64,000 nucleotides of DNA from Glycera tridactyla (Eukaryota), in contig OZ286465.1 in NCBI GenBank assembly GCA_965644265.1, positions 93,186,001-93,250,000 on the forward strand, written 5' to 3'. Shown piece by piece: positions 1-12,818 of this stretch. The translations under genes and the position numbers were made by a program. Position 1 is the stretch's first letter, and each line of letters begins with the position of its first letter. The notes beneath the pieces are model-generated. The model was not told where the DNA came from. It saw nothing but the letters and a program-made list of their open reading frames with translations, and searched no databases.

Positions 1-515
1 CAGTTGATCCTCAACCGCTTTCCTGAATGGACTAACAAATGGCTGACAGAGCCTGCCATTATGCATCAACTGCAGCTTCTAGAGGCTAATGCTGGACTAC
101 ATGATGTTGGACTTGAGTCATACATGCCTGTAACTATTCACTGAATGATGGCGACAACAGCCTGCCATACGGGACTGAAATGACTGATGCTCCCTCAGAA
201 ACCGAAACGGCCTGCCATATTATCGGCTGCTCTACCAGGGCCAAGTCCAGCTGCTCTACCAGGGCCACGTTCGGCTACTGATAATCTGTTGTAGAGGCAT
301 TGGCTGAACGTATTCGTGAGAAATTGTTGACAAATGTCAAGTACTTTCACTGGCTGAAGTGATCGGGGTGACGTCATCAGCAGGAGAAGACGAAATCAGG
401 GGTATGCCCATAAATTATCAACAATATGTCAACAAGGTCATCAATCGAACCTCATATTGCTAATTGTTAACAGCTATCGAACAGTCGAACTTCCCCAACG
501 CCCTGGATGATGTAA

Positions 516-1459
516 CCAGGTCGCGGACAACGTCTCCATTGGGCTACGTAGCTCATTTGGAGGGCGTTAGTAATTTGACGGACGGGGGTTTTCCGATGAC
601 GTCATCACGATTTCGAAAAATCGCGACTATTCGCAATATAGGGCTATAAGTACACCAACTTCCATCATTAACCTCTGTTTCTTGGCAGTAAACGATTGTA
701 TTGACTGATTTCAAGATGAAAAAGCTGCAAATGGCGGCGTTCTGAGCGGGAATCCATGACCGGGCGATCGCCGAGGATCCCCGCCAGGTGTCACCAACAC
801 GGGAGGCGGGAACGCATGATTCATAATGGCGAAAGTTTGCCGTAAAATCGTAACTTTGCACTAGTATTTGAAGGGGATAAACAGCTTGAAAAATTATGAA
901 ACTTCAATCGGGAATTCACCCACTCTTGTTCTTTATGCTCTCATTTTTGCCTTTGCTCTATATCAAGCAGTTGCTGAAATATCTAGCATCAAAGTTGGGG
1001 AGTCGGCGAGTGAAAAACCAAGATGGCGGCCATTGTTTACATCCAAATCCGCCGACTTTCGGCCGCGATTTAAAAAAAGTAATACATAGGATTTGAAATG
1101 TAATACATACAATCGATGGGGAATTTTGTTTTCTTCATACATACGAAAAATCTCGTTGCGGCGGCTTTCTCAATTTTGCGCGTGGGGAAAATGCTGGAGG
1201 AAGGTTGAGTTTCGGGATCGTTGTCGCTCAGAAAATTCGTCACCAATGCTCAGAAACGGGACAGATAGCTCTCTAAGTTCTCATGTTTATTCGTTATCAT
1301 GCCTTTCATCAGTTTGTGTGGGGTTTTCCATGAAAATCCATGTATAATGGCGATAATCTGCAGTTTCTTGAGCGTCCGTCAATTGCGAGGCGTCCGTTAA
1401 TTGACTAACGCCCTCCAAATAAGCTACGTAGCCCAATGGAGACGTTGTCCGCGACCTGG
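516..1459. mobile_element. Non-autonomous TIR DNA transposon (944 bp) with long terminal inverted repeats and a TAA target-site duplication (PIF/Harbinger-like)
   Basis: CCAGGTCGCGGACAACGTCTCCATTGGGCTACGTAGCT... at 516 is mirrored at 1459; TAA at 513-515 and 1460-1462; no transposase ORF. Confidence 0.85.
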
Positions 1460-3057
1460 TAACATGGGATGTTGGTCTCAAGTCTTGCTTCCCGTAACTG
1501 TCCACTGAATAATAATGACAATGGCCTGCCATACTGAACCAAGAAATGAGTGACACAGCCTGCCATAGTACATCAGGTGTAGCTCTAGGCTAATGCATCA
1601 TTTCATGATGACAATCTCTCTCCCTATTATGCACGCACCTGCAACTCTCCACTCAGTCATTGCTCTAATGACCTGCGAGTATATTCAAGACACCCTCGAT
1701 TCAAGAAGACGAGACTCCGCTGGGCACGCCCCACATTCATAAGCTGTGATGGTGCTAGAGGAATTTGTTTCTTTGGGGGTGACGGGCAATGACGCATTGC
1801 TCTGCCTATGAGCCACACTATTTTCTACCACGCGGAGAAGAGTTTGAACACATCTTACATGACATATGAATGCTTGTGATGACACGGAGTCTTTCTCTGC
1901 TCATATCATAATTTATTATATTTCTCAAAACGATATGGTAAGCCATGCCTTCACGCAAATCTCTGATTTGAATAAGTTGTTGCGATAAGTATGGCGTTGA
2001 GCAATACATAATCCTACACGATTCGATTGTTTTAACGATAAAACCCACAAACTGTGAGCAGCACCTGGAGGTAAGCAAGAGAACTACTCATGTAGCACTG
2101 ACATCTGTTGGCTAGTTGGGTGGGTGAATTATGGTTTCTGTACATTAACTTCGAAAATTTCAGGGCTAGCCTTCTCAAACATAGGGGGTTCTTAATATTG
2201 TCTCATTAACATATGGCGGGAAGCCAGAACGAGGCTACACTCGCAAGCTCCCGGCATCCCAGCAGTCATGGCCATAGGTTTTGCCTGTCTCACCCCAAGT
2301 ATGTCACCAGCTGATATGATATTTTCACATTCCCTTTAGTTCAATGTACACCACATGATAGAATATGCACAACAGGGGTATAATTTCTATATCACCTTCA
2401 TAGAAAACCATATTGGAGCTTTCTGTGTTCGTTCCAGTGTACACTCTGACAGGCAGTCAAACATAGTCAAACAAGGCAGTCAAACAGATTGTCACCTGGT
2501 TATTCACACTTAGAATTGCTCTGGAAATGTTGTTTTCTAAGTTCAAATAGGAATTTCCAATATTTTCTTTATATTTTGAATGTTCATGTAACAGGTGTCT
2601 GGGCCTGCTGATGCTGTTGAAAATTCCCACGTTTTTCCAATTCACCCCGATTCTTTACTGAAAGTGCACACATTTCTGATCTTGCTCATTTTTCAACCAC
2701 GATTGTGAAGATTGAATATTCAAGTGAAATTGAACTTCTTGAATTTATGAGCCTATAGCCAGTGTAGACATCACTGCTCAATTCATGATTTATCCCAGTT
2801 TAAAAAATGATTTCCACATCAGTATTATTGCATTTCAGACATCAGAATTGTGTGTGTGAAGGAAAATTTGGGGGCTCAAAATTGCACAAATCTAGCCTTC
2901 AATGTTGATTTTCGATGGTCAGGTCTGTCAGAGCAGCTCAGTACATCGACCTTGAAGATCCTCTGAATATTTTAGCGAAATAATGAAATCCTTAGCATAT
3001 GGTTAATTGGCTGTGCTTCATACAATGAGACTCATGCCTTGGCAGTGTTCGACAGCG

Positions 3058-3664
3058 CAGTGAAACCCAGAGAGACCACCTCTGAGAAGAGACCATTCTT
3101 GCAGCATGGCAGTGAAACCAAAGACCACCTCCGAGAAGAGACCATCCCTTTTTGATGTATGGTCAAATATACCTCCAATAAAAGACCACCTCTTACGAGA
3201 CACCTTATTTTGGTGACATTCCTGTGGTCTCATTGCAGGATCCACTGTATGAAAAAATGAGGGAACACAGTGACATTTGTGACAGGAGACTGTTCAAAAT
3301 ATCACTAAAATTGGTCTCATGAAACAGGTATGTTTGACTATGTGAAATAGAGTAGGGCTCCTAAAAAGTAGTTCCTAAAAGCAGGAGGTCTCTCACCAAG
3401 AAGCTCTTGTCACAGGTTTCAGAGTACACAGTGAAACCTGCAATGGGAGACACATAATGAGTGACCACCTTCGACAGGAGACCACTTTTTCGGGGAAGCT
3501 TCTCTGATAAGCATATATGAATATACCTCCGATGAGACTGTTTTGAGACACCACTTTTGTACATATCTACCCCCTTCATTCCAAGCATGAGCTAAAACTT
3601 ACAAGTTAGGGACACAGCCATTTTTGGTGACATTTAGAGTGGTCTCTCATCGCAGGTCTCACTA
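3058..3664. mobile_element. Cluster of CAGTGAAACC-type MITE copies (about 3058-3247 and 3429-3664)
   Basis: CAGTGAAACC termini and repeated AGACCACC/GGTGGTCT subterminal motifs shared with copies elsewhere in the window. Confidence 0.7.
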
Positions 3665-3749
3665 TAGTGACTTTGAGGGGCTACTTTTCGAGTACAACTC
3701 CTCAGCGTAGACTACCAATGGTTTCATTCAAGTTATTAGTGCATAGACA

Positions 3750-3879
3750 NNNNNNNNNNNNNNNNNNNNNNNNNNNNNNNNNNNNNNNNNNNNNNNNNNN
3801 NNNNNNNNNNNNNNNNNNNNNNNNNNNNNNNNNNNNNNNNNNNNNNNNNNNNNNNNNNNNNNNNNNNNNNNNNNNNNNN
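3750..3879. other. Assembly gap (130 N)
   Basis: N-run. TTCATTCCAAGCATG...CTTACAAGTTAGGGA occurs both before (about 3576) and after (3880) the gap. Confidence 1.
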
Positions 3880-4139
3880 TTCATTCCAAGCATGTGCTAA
3901 ATCTTACAAGTTAGGGAAGCAGCCCCTCCTACTCTCTGTTGAGATGATATCACATATAGCAGATGCCATTCTAATCAGAACCATTCTAAGCCCCTGAATG
4001 AAGTTACCACTTTGAACAACAAACATCTGTATGCTACACAGCATGCACTTCCTTCCCTGTTGTTATTTTCTCTGATGGCCATTTTACATGTAATGTAATC
4101 AAAGTTTTATCAAGGTCCAGCATCATACAAATACTACAG

Positions 4140-4600
4140 AACTGATGGGCCATATGGTATGTGCGCGGGTGGCTTGCGGGTGTAGCCTCGCTTTCATACC
4201 GATAGGCGGAGCTTGCATATTGGGTGAGAACAGCCTATGGTGTACAGACTTACCTAGACCATGACAAGACACCCATCAATTTGGGGCAGCCATCTTGAAT
4301 TTCAAGGTCACCGAGTGCAAAAAGGTTGAAATGCTTTCCGGACAATAATTCCAAAAGTTTCAAGGCTAGCCTTTTCAAAATCCGTATGCATACTCTCCTA
4401 GGCCATGGCAAGGCACCTATCGATTTTTTGGCAGCCATCATGAATTTCAAGGTCACTAAGTGCAAAAAGGTCAAAATAGTTTCCGGACAGTAACTCCAAA
4501 AGTTTCAGGGCCAGCCTTCTCAAACTTGGTGTACATACTCTGCTAGGCTATGGGAAGGTGCCTACTGATTTTGAGGTAGCAATTTTGAATTTCAAGACAT
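4140..4600 (+). repeat. HINE-like element fragment with about 140-bp tandem units (TTGAATTTCAAGGTCAC core); related 3' fragment at 2150-2290
   Basis: Repeated units around 4260-4600. GGCTTGCGGGTGTAGCCTC at about 4170 is the inverse of GAGGCTACACTCGCAAGC at about 2231. Confidence 0.55.
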
Positions 4601-6600
4601 GTATTCTACTTCAGTGATGCCGTGAACTGGATGCTTATATCCATATGATGTTATTGTATGTGGAAATCAAAGGGTCATTTTTTCCAACCTCAAATAATGA
4701 AAAGAAAATTGAGGGAGCAAATACAGAACTTTTTATTATAGAAAATGATCATTTTCAGTGTATATTTGTCTGGAATGACTTAGGACTATGGATGATGAAT
4801 TTGTTTTTTTACCGAATCCAGACGTTAAAGGGTGAATTTCACAAAGAAAGTCCACGGTGACCTATGATGATTTTTTCACACATAACTACACTTTATATGA
4901 TCTACCTCCTGGGATAGTTTGAAGCAGTGTCCATGGTTCAATTTTTTTTTTAATTGTGAAAATTTCAATTTTTTCTGCCTTTTTCCATGAGATTATCGAC
5001 ATTTGTGTACATATTGGCGCAGGTTTTGGTTATAGAAGAGAATGGTTGTATGCTGTATGATTTTTTGCTTTGTTTTCTGTCCATATTAAGTGAAATATCA
5101 ACATAAAAGTGGTCTCAATCACAATTACAATGCTATTTGTTGGTGCTGGCATATCCAAGACAGCTTGAAAAAATGGCCACCAGATGGTGTACCAATACTC
5201 TGAATTATCCACGGTGACCCACGAATATTTTGATGGAAAATTGATCTGGTGATCCAAATGAGCTACCATACCAAATTTCATTGAGGTTCCATGGGATTTC
5301 TAAATAGTGTGTATTATCCTTAATATCTCGTAAGCACCAGCTGTGTTATATTGAGACACACTTGCAATGGGGATGGGTTAGCACTCTGAAGTCTTTGTAC
5401 CACTATCCCATGGACAATAGTTAATATGGCCTGCCATAAATATCCGAGAAGCCCGCCGTACAGTATAAGATACATATGTATATGTATATGACAGGCTCCC
5501 TTGCTTCTTGGTTGTCTCGATTCTCATTTACCCGTAAATCAGTCTTTTATTTGACATCAGAACTGTTACCTTGAGAATTTGTATATTGCGATCATAGCGC
5601 TGACGGAGCGACCCCAGTGCTGAGTTTGTCGGTTTTCTTGTTATTGCCAAATAAGGAGTCAAAATGAAGTGGTCATTGTGAGGATTGAAATTGTGTTTCT
5701 ACGTTTGTTTGAAGAGCTCAATACAAAGACCTACTCTTGAAAAATGCTATGTATTCGATTGACAAGCCAACAATTAACCCAGCACAACATACAAATGTAT
5801 TGACCAATGTTTGAATATCTATATGGTCACATAGTTTGATGAACTGGATTGATTTATGTGTTAACAGTGTCTTTCATAACCTTTAATATGCTTAATCACG
5901 TGTACATATTCCCATGAAAAAATGGATGTGGTATTATCAAAATAAAATTGACAAATCTTATTGACTGGGAGATTTATTTGTTCGTCTCATCATACGATGA
6001 CCATAGATTGAAATATTATCATTGTTTATAACTAGTATAGCATTCTCTTTCCGCGTGTTCCAGACTGGGCTATGACTGACTGTTATTTCATTCATTGCAA
6101 GTAACTAACTATGGACGAAAACAACCTCGTCATAGTATCTAGACTGTGACTGGTGCATCGGCAAGTTTCCACTGTTTTTTACAATGGTTCGGAGATTCAG
6201 TAGCGTTTCGCACAGAGCCATATCAACATTCTACAACAATAGTTTGACTCTTCAACAGACAGGCAACATGAGTTACTCCATTCGATGCAAATACACAGAA
6301 CACCGATATTCCAACAATTAGATGATTGAGTAAATGTGTGTGATATCGGCGAAATGCCTCCTGACATCTCAGTTGACATGGCTTGCCCCATGAGCACTGA
6401 CTGAACCATATCAACATTCCCATGCATGCATTCGGCATGGGTGAGATAATTTAACAGACTTGAGAATGATTCAAGGATTAATGGCTTCACACCATATATC
6501 ATCACGCTTCATTCTCGATACAAATAATCCCGAATTCAATCACACTGGCATTGCATTTCAAAAAATGGCACCAAAGTGCGCATTGAAGAGATCAATATTC

Positions 6601-7137
6601 AGGGGGAGCTGCGTGGTGTAGTGGTAGCGTCTTCACACTTGACCCAAATGTAGAACAGCTGTGGCTGCAGCTAGTCATGGGATGGGTGACCACGGCTGGG
6701 AGTGTGAGGATGCAGTACTGGTATGGGTGGACCATACACTACACCAATAGTCACAGACTACGCAAGTGGTCTGGGCCCCCCCAGTGTTGAGCTCAAAACA
6801 CGGAAAGAGGCATGAGCTACACACCACCAGGGCTGGATGATGGTGTGAGCGCCTATCTGGGATCTGAAAACAATGGTCCTAGGTTAGCAGTGGTGCTATA
6901 ATGGATAACAACAAAGACCAGCTACACTGAGACCCCTCCTCAGCATACACACACATCCAAGCACAAGAGAGGAGGTTCAAAATTCGGTCACAGGCAGAGG
7001 GTTGTGCCTTGCCAAGATTAGACCAATCACCCATAAATAGCTAACAGCAGCACTGGGAGGATCAGAATCTTCAGGCTCTGACAGTGGTGCTGGACTGAGA
7101 TCAGTCAAAACAGTCAACCAACCAACCAACCAACCAA
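6601..7137 (+). mobile_element. Degenerate SINE region with a tRNA-like box A head, a 5S-rRNA-like segment and a (CAAC)n tail
   Basis: TGGTGTAGTGG at about 6615; CTAGTCATGGGATGGGTGACCACGGCTGGGAG resembles 5S rRNA TTAGTACTTGGATGGGAGACCGCCTGGGAA; AACC repeat tail at 7116-7137. Confidence 0.5.
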
Positions 7138-7729
7138 TATGTTAGCTTTACCTAACCATTGTGACACGGCACCCAGTAGAGATAGAGAACTGAAATTTGG
7201 CCGATTGATTGGGGTCCTCACGCTCACTTGGATGGTTCAGGTTTTATATGGCTGGAATATTGCGTTTTGTAACTGTAGTCAAAGTAAAACAAAGCTTTTT
7301 TCAACTCCGAATTTTTCATGATTAGTTTAGGGAAATCGAACAGTCACATATCCCAGGTTGAAGAAATGTTCAGTGTGAACGTCTTGATGTATGATATGTG
7401 TTTGTGAATCACCAGATTCGGTCTCGAAATTTGTGTTTTTAAGAGCATCTAAAGGAGTGATATCGGCCCAGGTCAACCCAGTGCAACCTGGGTTGACCGT
7501 GTGCAGCCCGGGATAACCCGGGCCGATGATATCGGCCCGGCTCAACCTGGGCCGGTGATGCAGTGGCCCTGGTTAACCCGGGTTGATGATTGAGACGGGG
7601 CACAACAGTGATACTATTTGAAGGAGCCTTGTTCGGTTTGCAGGAAAAAAAGATAGAAGTTGTGGTCCTGATTGCCCAATCAATTTCCCAGAGATGTAAA
7701 ATTGTTATCAACGTCTAACTTGATGCAAG

Positions 7730-10330
7730 TATAACAAAGATCATTCAAGAAAGTTGATGACCATGTTCACATAGCAGTAAATGAGCATAAATTAGGTCGT
7801 GGCATGAGAGAATTCGAAGCGATTCATCCAAAAAGGAAACATTAACATATAGCTACACAAGACCTGATGAACAGGCCTTCTTCTTTTGGGTGGAGATGAA
7901 ACGATATGGAATCACATTTCATGACCATGGTCAGAGGAAAATAGGCAGAAGTACAGTGTATCATAAAATACAAAGAGAGGTGGAAGTGAATGTCATTGTC
8001 CACACCCAGGTGATGTAACAAGGGCGCCAATGCCCACATTAGAGAACTTGCTCAGCCAGCGCTCACTCGAATGGGATGAAAATTCTATATTTGAAAGAGA
8101 GAGGTGATTGTTTCACATCTCATTAGCACCATCTTTGCTATATGTAGATGCCAATGAAACTGCATGAAATTCGCAGACACTCAAGGTGTCATTTCTGAAG
8201 GGGAAGCCAATTGCCAGGCAGATGCTATGTTTGATGACCGGCTCTGCATTATGGCCTAGGAAGAAGTATATTCCATATGGATATATTCTCAGTATAGGTT
8301 GGCCTCCTTTCTGGAGGTTCCCGCCCATCCACCTTCTCGACCAATAATAGCACTCCATTTTGTTGAAGGTATACAGAGGTAGGCAACATCCTTATTGTAT
8401 CCATATACACATCACTTGCTATATTAATTTCCACCTCCATCAGTCAAAACAGGCTAAAAAATGCTGTTCCCACATGAGTTGTCTGTGATAGAGCAAGGTG
8501 AATGCACGGGGATTGAGTGGAATAATGCATATTTCACTTGGTGCATTTCTCATGAGACCTGACAATGAGAGGACTATCTTATATGAGCATGGGCAATATC
8601 TGTAAGAGCTGCATCGTTTGGTTTTCGACACAAAAAATAGCTGATCCGTGGGTTGAATTGCATTATTGCCCATCCACTCAAATTCCACATGGGATAGTAT
8701 TGTTTTGACACTTCACTCAGATCGGTGGTGTTAGTTGTCCCAGCGTCTTCATTGAGGGTGATGGTATCCTATAAATGATGTTCTGAAGATGTGAAAGTTT
8801 TTCACATTAAATGTAAGAAGTCCTTAAGTTTTTCTTCAAACAATTCACTTTCACAAGGCTCAAAACTACTGTGATCCGAGACATATTTGTTCCATGTTTT
8901 GGCCCCTCTATATTGGAATGTGCCTTCCGCCTGCTTTGACCTCGGTATAGGACATTCTATTTTTGCCCTGTTCCTGGTTGAATATACATCCTCTCGTTAC
9001 TTATAAGCACATAAACACATAACTCGCTCAACAAATCTCCAATAATCTCAGGGCTGACTGGTATTAACGTCAACTGATTTATATGGAAACTGTTGTAGAG
9101 GATCCATTTATGCTTGCACTCAATTTCACGCCAGCACTGCTGAAATGAATATTCAATTTCTCTACAATCTCTTCTGGTGATGTTGAATCGCCAATTTTCA
9201 GAATTTCAGTGCTCCCTTTGGAGTTGCCCAAAAGTTATTTTATCGTGTCCAACAACTTTTGTGGGTTGTCTTTATGTTGAATAAAAGAGTTTCCAACGTA
9301 TTGTCACCGTAGTTGTCGTTGTAATTGGTCACATTCACATTCTGGTTCTTTTTTGGCCACTTTGTTTTCTTCAATATTCAATAGTCTAAAATTCCGGCTT
9401 TTTCTTTTTCTTTCACCAAATCCAAAATTTCACGATTACCCTGTGTCTTTTAAGAAACTCTGTGTCATTTAAGAGGGACATGGGTATCTGGTCCAGCTTT
9501 TGATGTAACATTTTGGCACACTCATTCGCATCACCACATGAACACATGAATAAAATCCCGACCAGTCCTGCTCAGGGATATCAGCGTTAAGCTTTTCAAA
9601 ATCAGTACCACTGTAGTCTTTACAAATTCGTTTTTTTTTTCTAGACACTGGAATTCTCTTTCGTGCATTAACGATTCTTGATTCCCATTGTTTTCGGTTT
9701 GAAAAAATTTCGATGAATCAATATATCAATTTCACTATTGAATAAAAGGATGCGGATGTCACACAGCTTTCTGATAAGGCTTCACATTCAAATATGCACT
9801 TTTGATACCTTTCAAGTTTCTCATATCTTTAGATGGATTAAGTTGGAGTGTAGTTGGGTTCTTGTTCGATGCAGTATTTGGAGTGTTCATTAATATAGAT
9901 GTAGGGGTTAAATGATTGATGAATGATAGTTAAGCCCGTTTTGAACACGATAGGCTTGAGTTGTCTTTGCTGGTCGCCTTTGCTGTATCCTTCCATGGAT
10001 GAATTCCGACATGGCTAGTGAGGAAGCTGGTAACTCTGGGTGCCTGAGGCAGTGACCTCCCACCTCGACCCTTCTTGCTGGTATTACATTTTCTGACACT
10101 CCAGATGAAAAAAAGACACAAAGCACGTTCCAGATCGATGGAGTGTTCATGACATTGCTCATATGGTGGCAATTTTGCAATGATCAGATTCAACGATGCT
10201 GTCATGAGAGAATTGTGGCGCATTGCTGCAAAGATGTAGAGCAGCCGACAGAAGTGAGCTTTGTCTCTTCCAGGGGATATTTCACATAATTCATCAATCA
10301 GGGTCCCTTGTAGAGAACTTCAGGGGCTAC
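7730..10330 (-). pseudogene. Heavily decayed CR1/L2-clade LINE ORF2 (endonuclease-RT) fossil
   Basis: Interrupted frames give, in the correct order, PRVTS (TRVT), GLNYHSSII (GxSDH), DFEKLNADIPEQDW, KDNPQKLLDTIK and ALAPLLHHLGVDND (GPLLF..IND-like). Many stops and frameshifts. Confidence 0.5.
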
Positions 10331-10507
10331 ACCCCCCCCCCCCCTCCAAAAAAAAATGAATAAATGGGAAGGTTGCATTTTAGCCCAATTGAGGGAATAG
10401 ACTTGGCGATTTTTTGTGGAGGAGTGATCTCATATTTGAAAAACCTGGATGCAATGCCATGATTGTGAGTCCTCCAACTCAAGAAAGGGACTCCTAGCTC
10501 ACTTATA

Positions 10508-10685
10508 CAGTCGAACCTCCTCTAAAGACCACCTCTCTATAAAGACCACCTCCCTATAAAGACCGCCCTGAACTGCGACCGTGGAAGTATTTTCTTCAGT
10601 AAATGACCTCTCTATAAAGACCACCTCCCTATAAAGGCCAGTTTTTGGTGCGACCGAGGGCGGTCTTTATAGGGAGGTTCGACTG
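10508..10685 (+). mobile_element. 178-bp MITE, CAGTCGAACC termini, TA TSD (Tc1/mariner/pogo-like)
   Basis: ta-CAGTCGAACC...GGTTCGACTG-ta; internal repeats of TATAAAGACCACCT. Confidence 0.9.
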
Positions 10686-12185
10686 TACTTACTCTCTGTT
10701 CTTATGATGTGAGCAGTTATTGCATACACGCACTTGGATTGCAGATATCAGTATTTTGTATTAACCATCCTGTGATTAGTGCAGCTCATTGAGATATAAT
10801 TATGTGGCAGTTTGGTTAGTTGGTTTGTTTTGGCTTGATTTCACGCCGGCCACCAGTATGTCATACTGAGATGTCCATGTGTTGGTCATCGACATGAATC
10901 GCTTCATAATTCCCCGCGTCCCTAAGGGGTGATTGGTTGGTTGGTTGGTTGAGGTTTGATGGTACGTATCACCCCAAAAGATTTCATACGTGTGTGATAT
11001 ATGAAAGCAGGATGATGTGTCCCCTATTGACGTCTTGCCACTGGGGATGACAAGGCCTAGATGTAGCCTCGTCCCTTTTCTTCTCAGTAACTTCCGGTGT
11101 GGAACATACCTACGAAAATCTCTACCATCTGTCTTTTGGCTTTCTCTGCCAACATTTAACTATCATCAGGTGTATTTTTCTTTACATCTATTCCATGCCT
11201 CGGGACTCTTTCTGAAATCTTCAGTGAAGTGGTCACAGGTGTAGGTGGCAGACGGTTGGTTCGCCTGTAGCAGTTATTGTCATTATGCGAAAAGCAGGTA
11301 CTAGGCACTCTACTTCTAGGTTACTAGGATGACAACTAGGCTCACTAGAAACTGTGATGGCATTGTTCTGCGAGTATAGGTCAACCATAATTGTGAAGCT
11401 GGTCGAGTCGACAGTTCGTAATTGAACATGTTGCTTGATTATCCTGCGAACTTGATGTTTTTCCTTGTTTCAAGGGCTGCCCTTTGCTCAAAATGAAGCA
11501 TTGTCATCATCAGCATCCAGTCAGTTACACAGTTAGATGTGCCTTATCAAGGTTCACCATGTTCATTTCACATAGTAAGAAGTGTGTCTGAACTGTCAGC
11601 TACTTTCACTTGACAATATTCAGATTCCCGTCATCTTGTGTTCAGGGTTTGTGTAAGTGATGCCTGGGAAGGGCAAAACAACTAGCTTTCATTGACAGGG
11701 AATAATGTGGCATACATAATCATCTGGGTTGATACATGGCGCTAAACATCAACATCATTTCAAAACAAAATAAAAGTTTTACTAAAATGAGGCCTATCTA
11801 ACGATATACATGAATCCAAATGACTATTTATGATGTTGGTTCCTTATCTATGAAAACTGGTTGCTCTGCCCCTGTAGGCATCACTTTCACGTATCCTGAA
11901 CACAAGAAGGTTAAAACTCTATGAAATTCGGACATTTCATCAAGTGGGCGAAGATGTATCGATCTCGTCATACCTTGAATTTATTAATGGTTTCAAGATT
12001 CCTATTCAGAATGCAGTCCAATCGTTCGTTCAATTCTAGCAGGGGATCAATTGATTCCACAATAGATGCCCATAACTCAGTCGGTCGAGCTCAACACAAT
12101 CCAGTACTCGAACAACAGATACCGTCGCCATGGTGAACACCCACATCATTCAACTTTCTCACTCCCGTGGTATGATTCGCATTAA

Positions 12186-12818
12186 CAATCTGGCGAGGTG
12201 ATTAGATTGCGGTTGACTTCTGCGGTTGACTTCTGTGACAATTAACCTTGAAAGAATGACCTTGATCCTGTTCAGCTGTCATCAATTACAACTTGCCAGA
12301 GGACTGATATGATATACTGATATGCATAAGGCATTAGCAATTTCACCAAATGAGCTCCGAATGACTTTAGCGACCATAGTAGACTTATATCTTTTTTATT
12401 CAAAATCTCAGCGCGACAGATGAGGCTACATTTGTTCTGAAGGAGGTTGGGGTGCTGGCAATGATGTGAATGAACTATGTGAGCTCATGGGTAAATGCCA
12501 AGGTCATCGTGGCCCATTATTTCTCATTGCTGTGGTGTCAGAATGACTTTGAATTTTATAGCAATCAGCATTTATCTCTACTCTTGACAAGTCTCTGCTT
12601 CGGTTGAGAAGACGTTAAGCCCTACTCAAACTCAATCTGGCGAGCTGATTAGATTGCGGTTGACTCCTGTGACAATTAACTTTGAAAGAATGACCTTGAT
12701 CCTCTTCAGCTGTCATCAATTACAACTTGCCAGAGGACTGATATGATATATGATATACTGATATGCTTAAGGCATTAGCAATTTCATCAAATGACTTCCG
12801 AATGACTTTAGCGACCAT
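12186..12818 (+). repeat. Two near-identical direct repeats of about 190 bp (12186-12377 and 12633-12818)
   Basis: Both run CAATCTGGCGAG...GACTTTAGCGACCAT and differ by a few substitutions and small indels. Confidence 0.9.

Noticed and set aside
6601-6700. Possible tRNA or 5S rRNA gene
   Set aside because: No cloverleaf, no full-length 5S and many substitutions; better explained as a SINE head.
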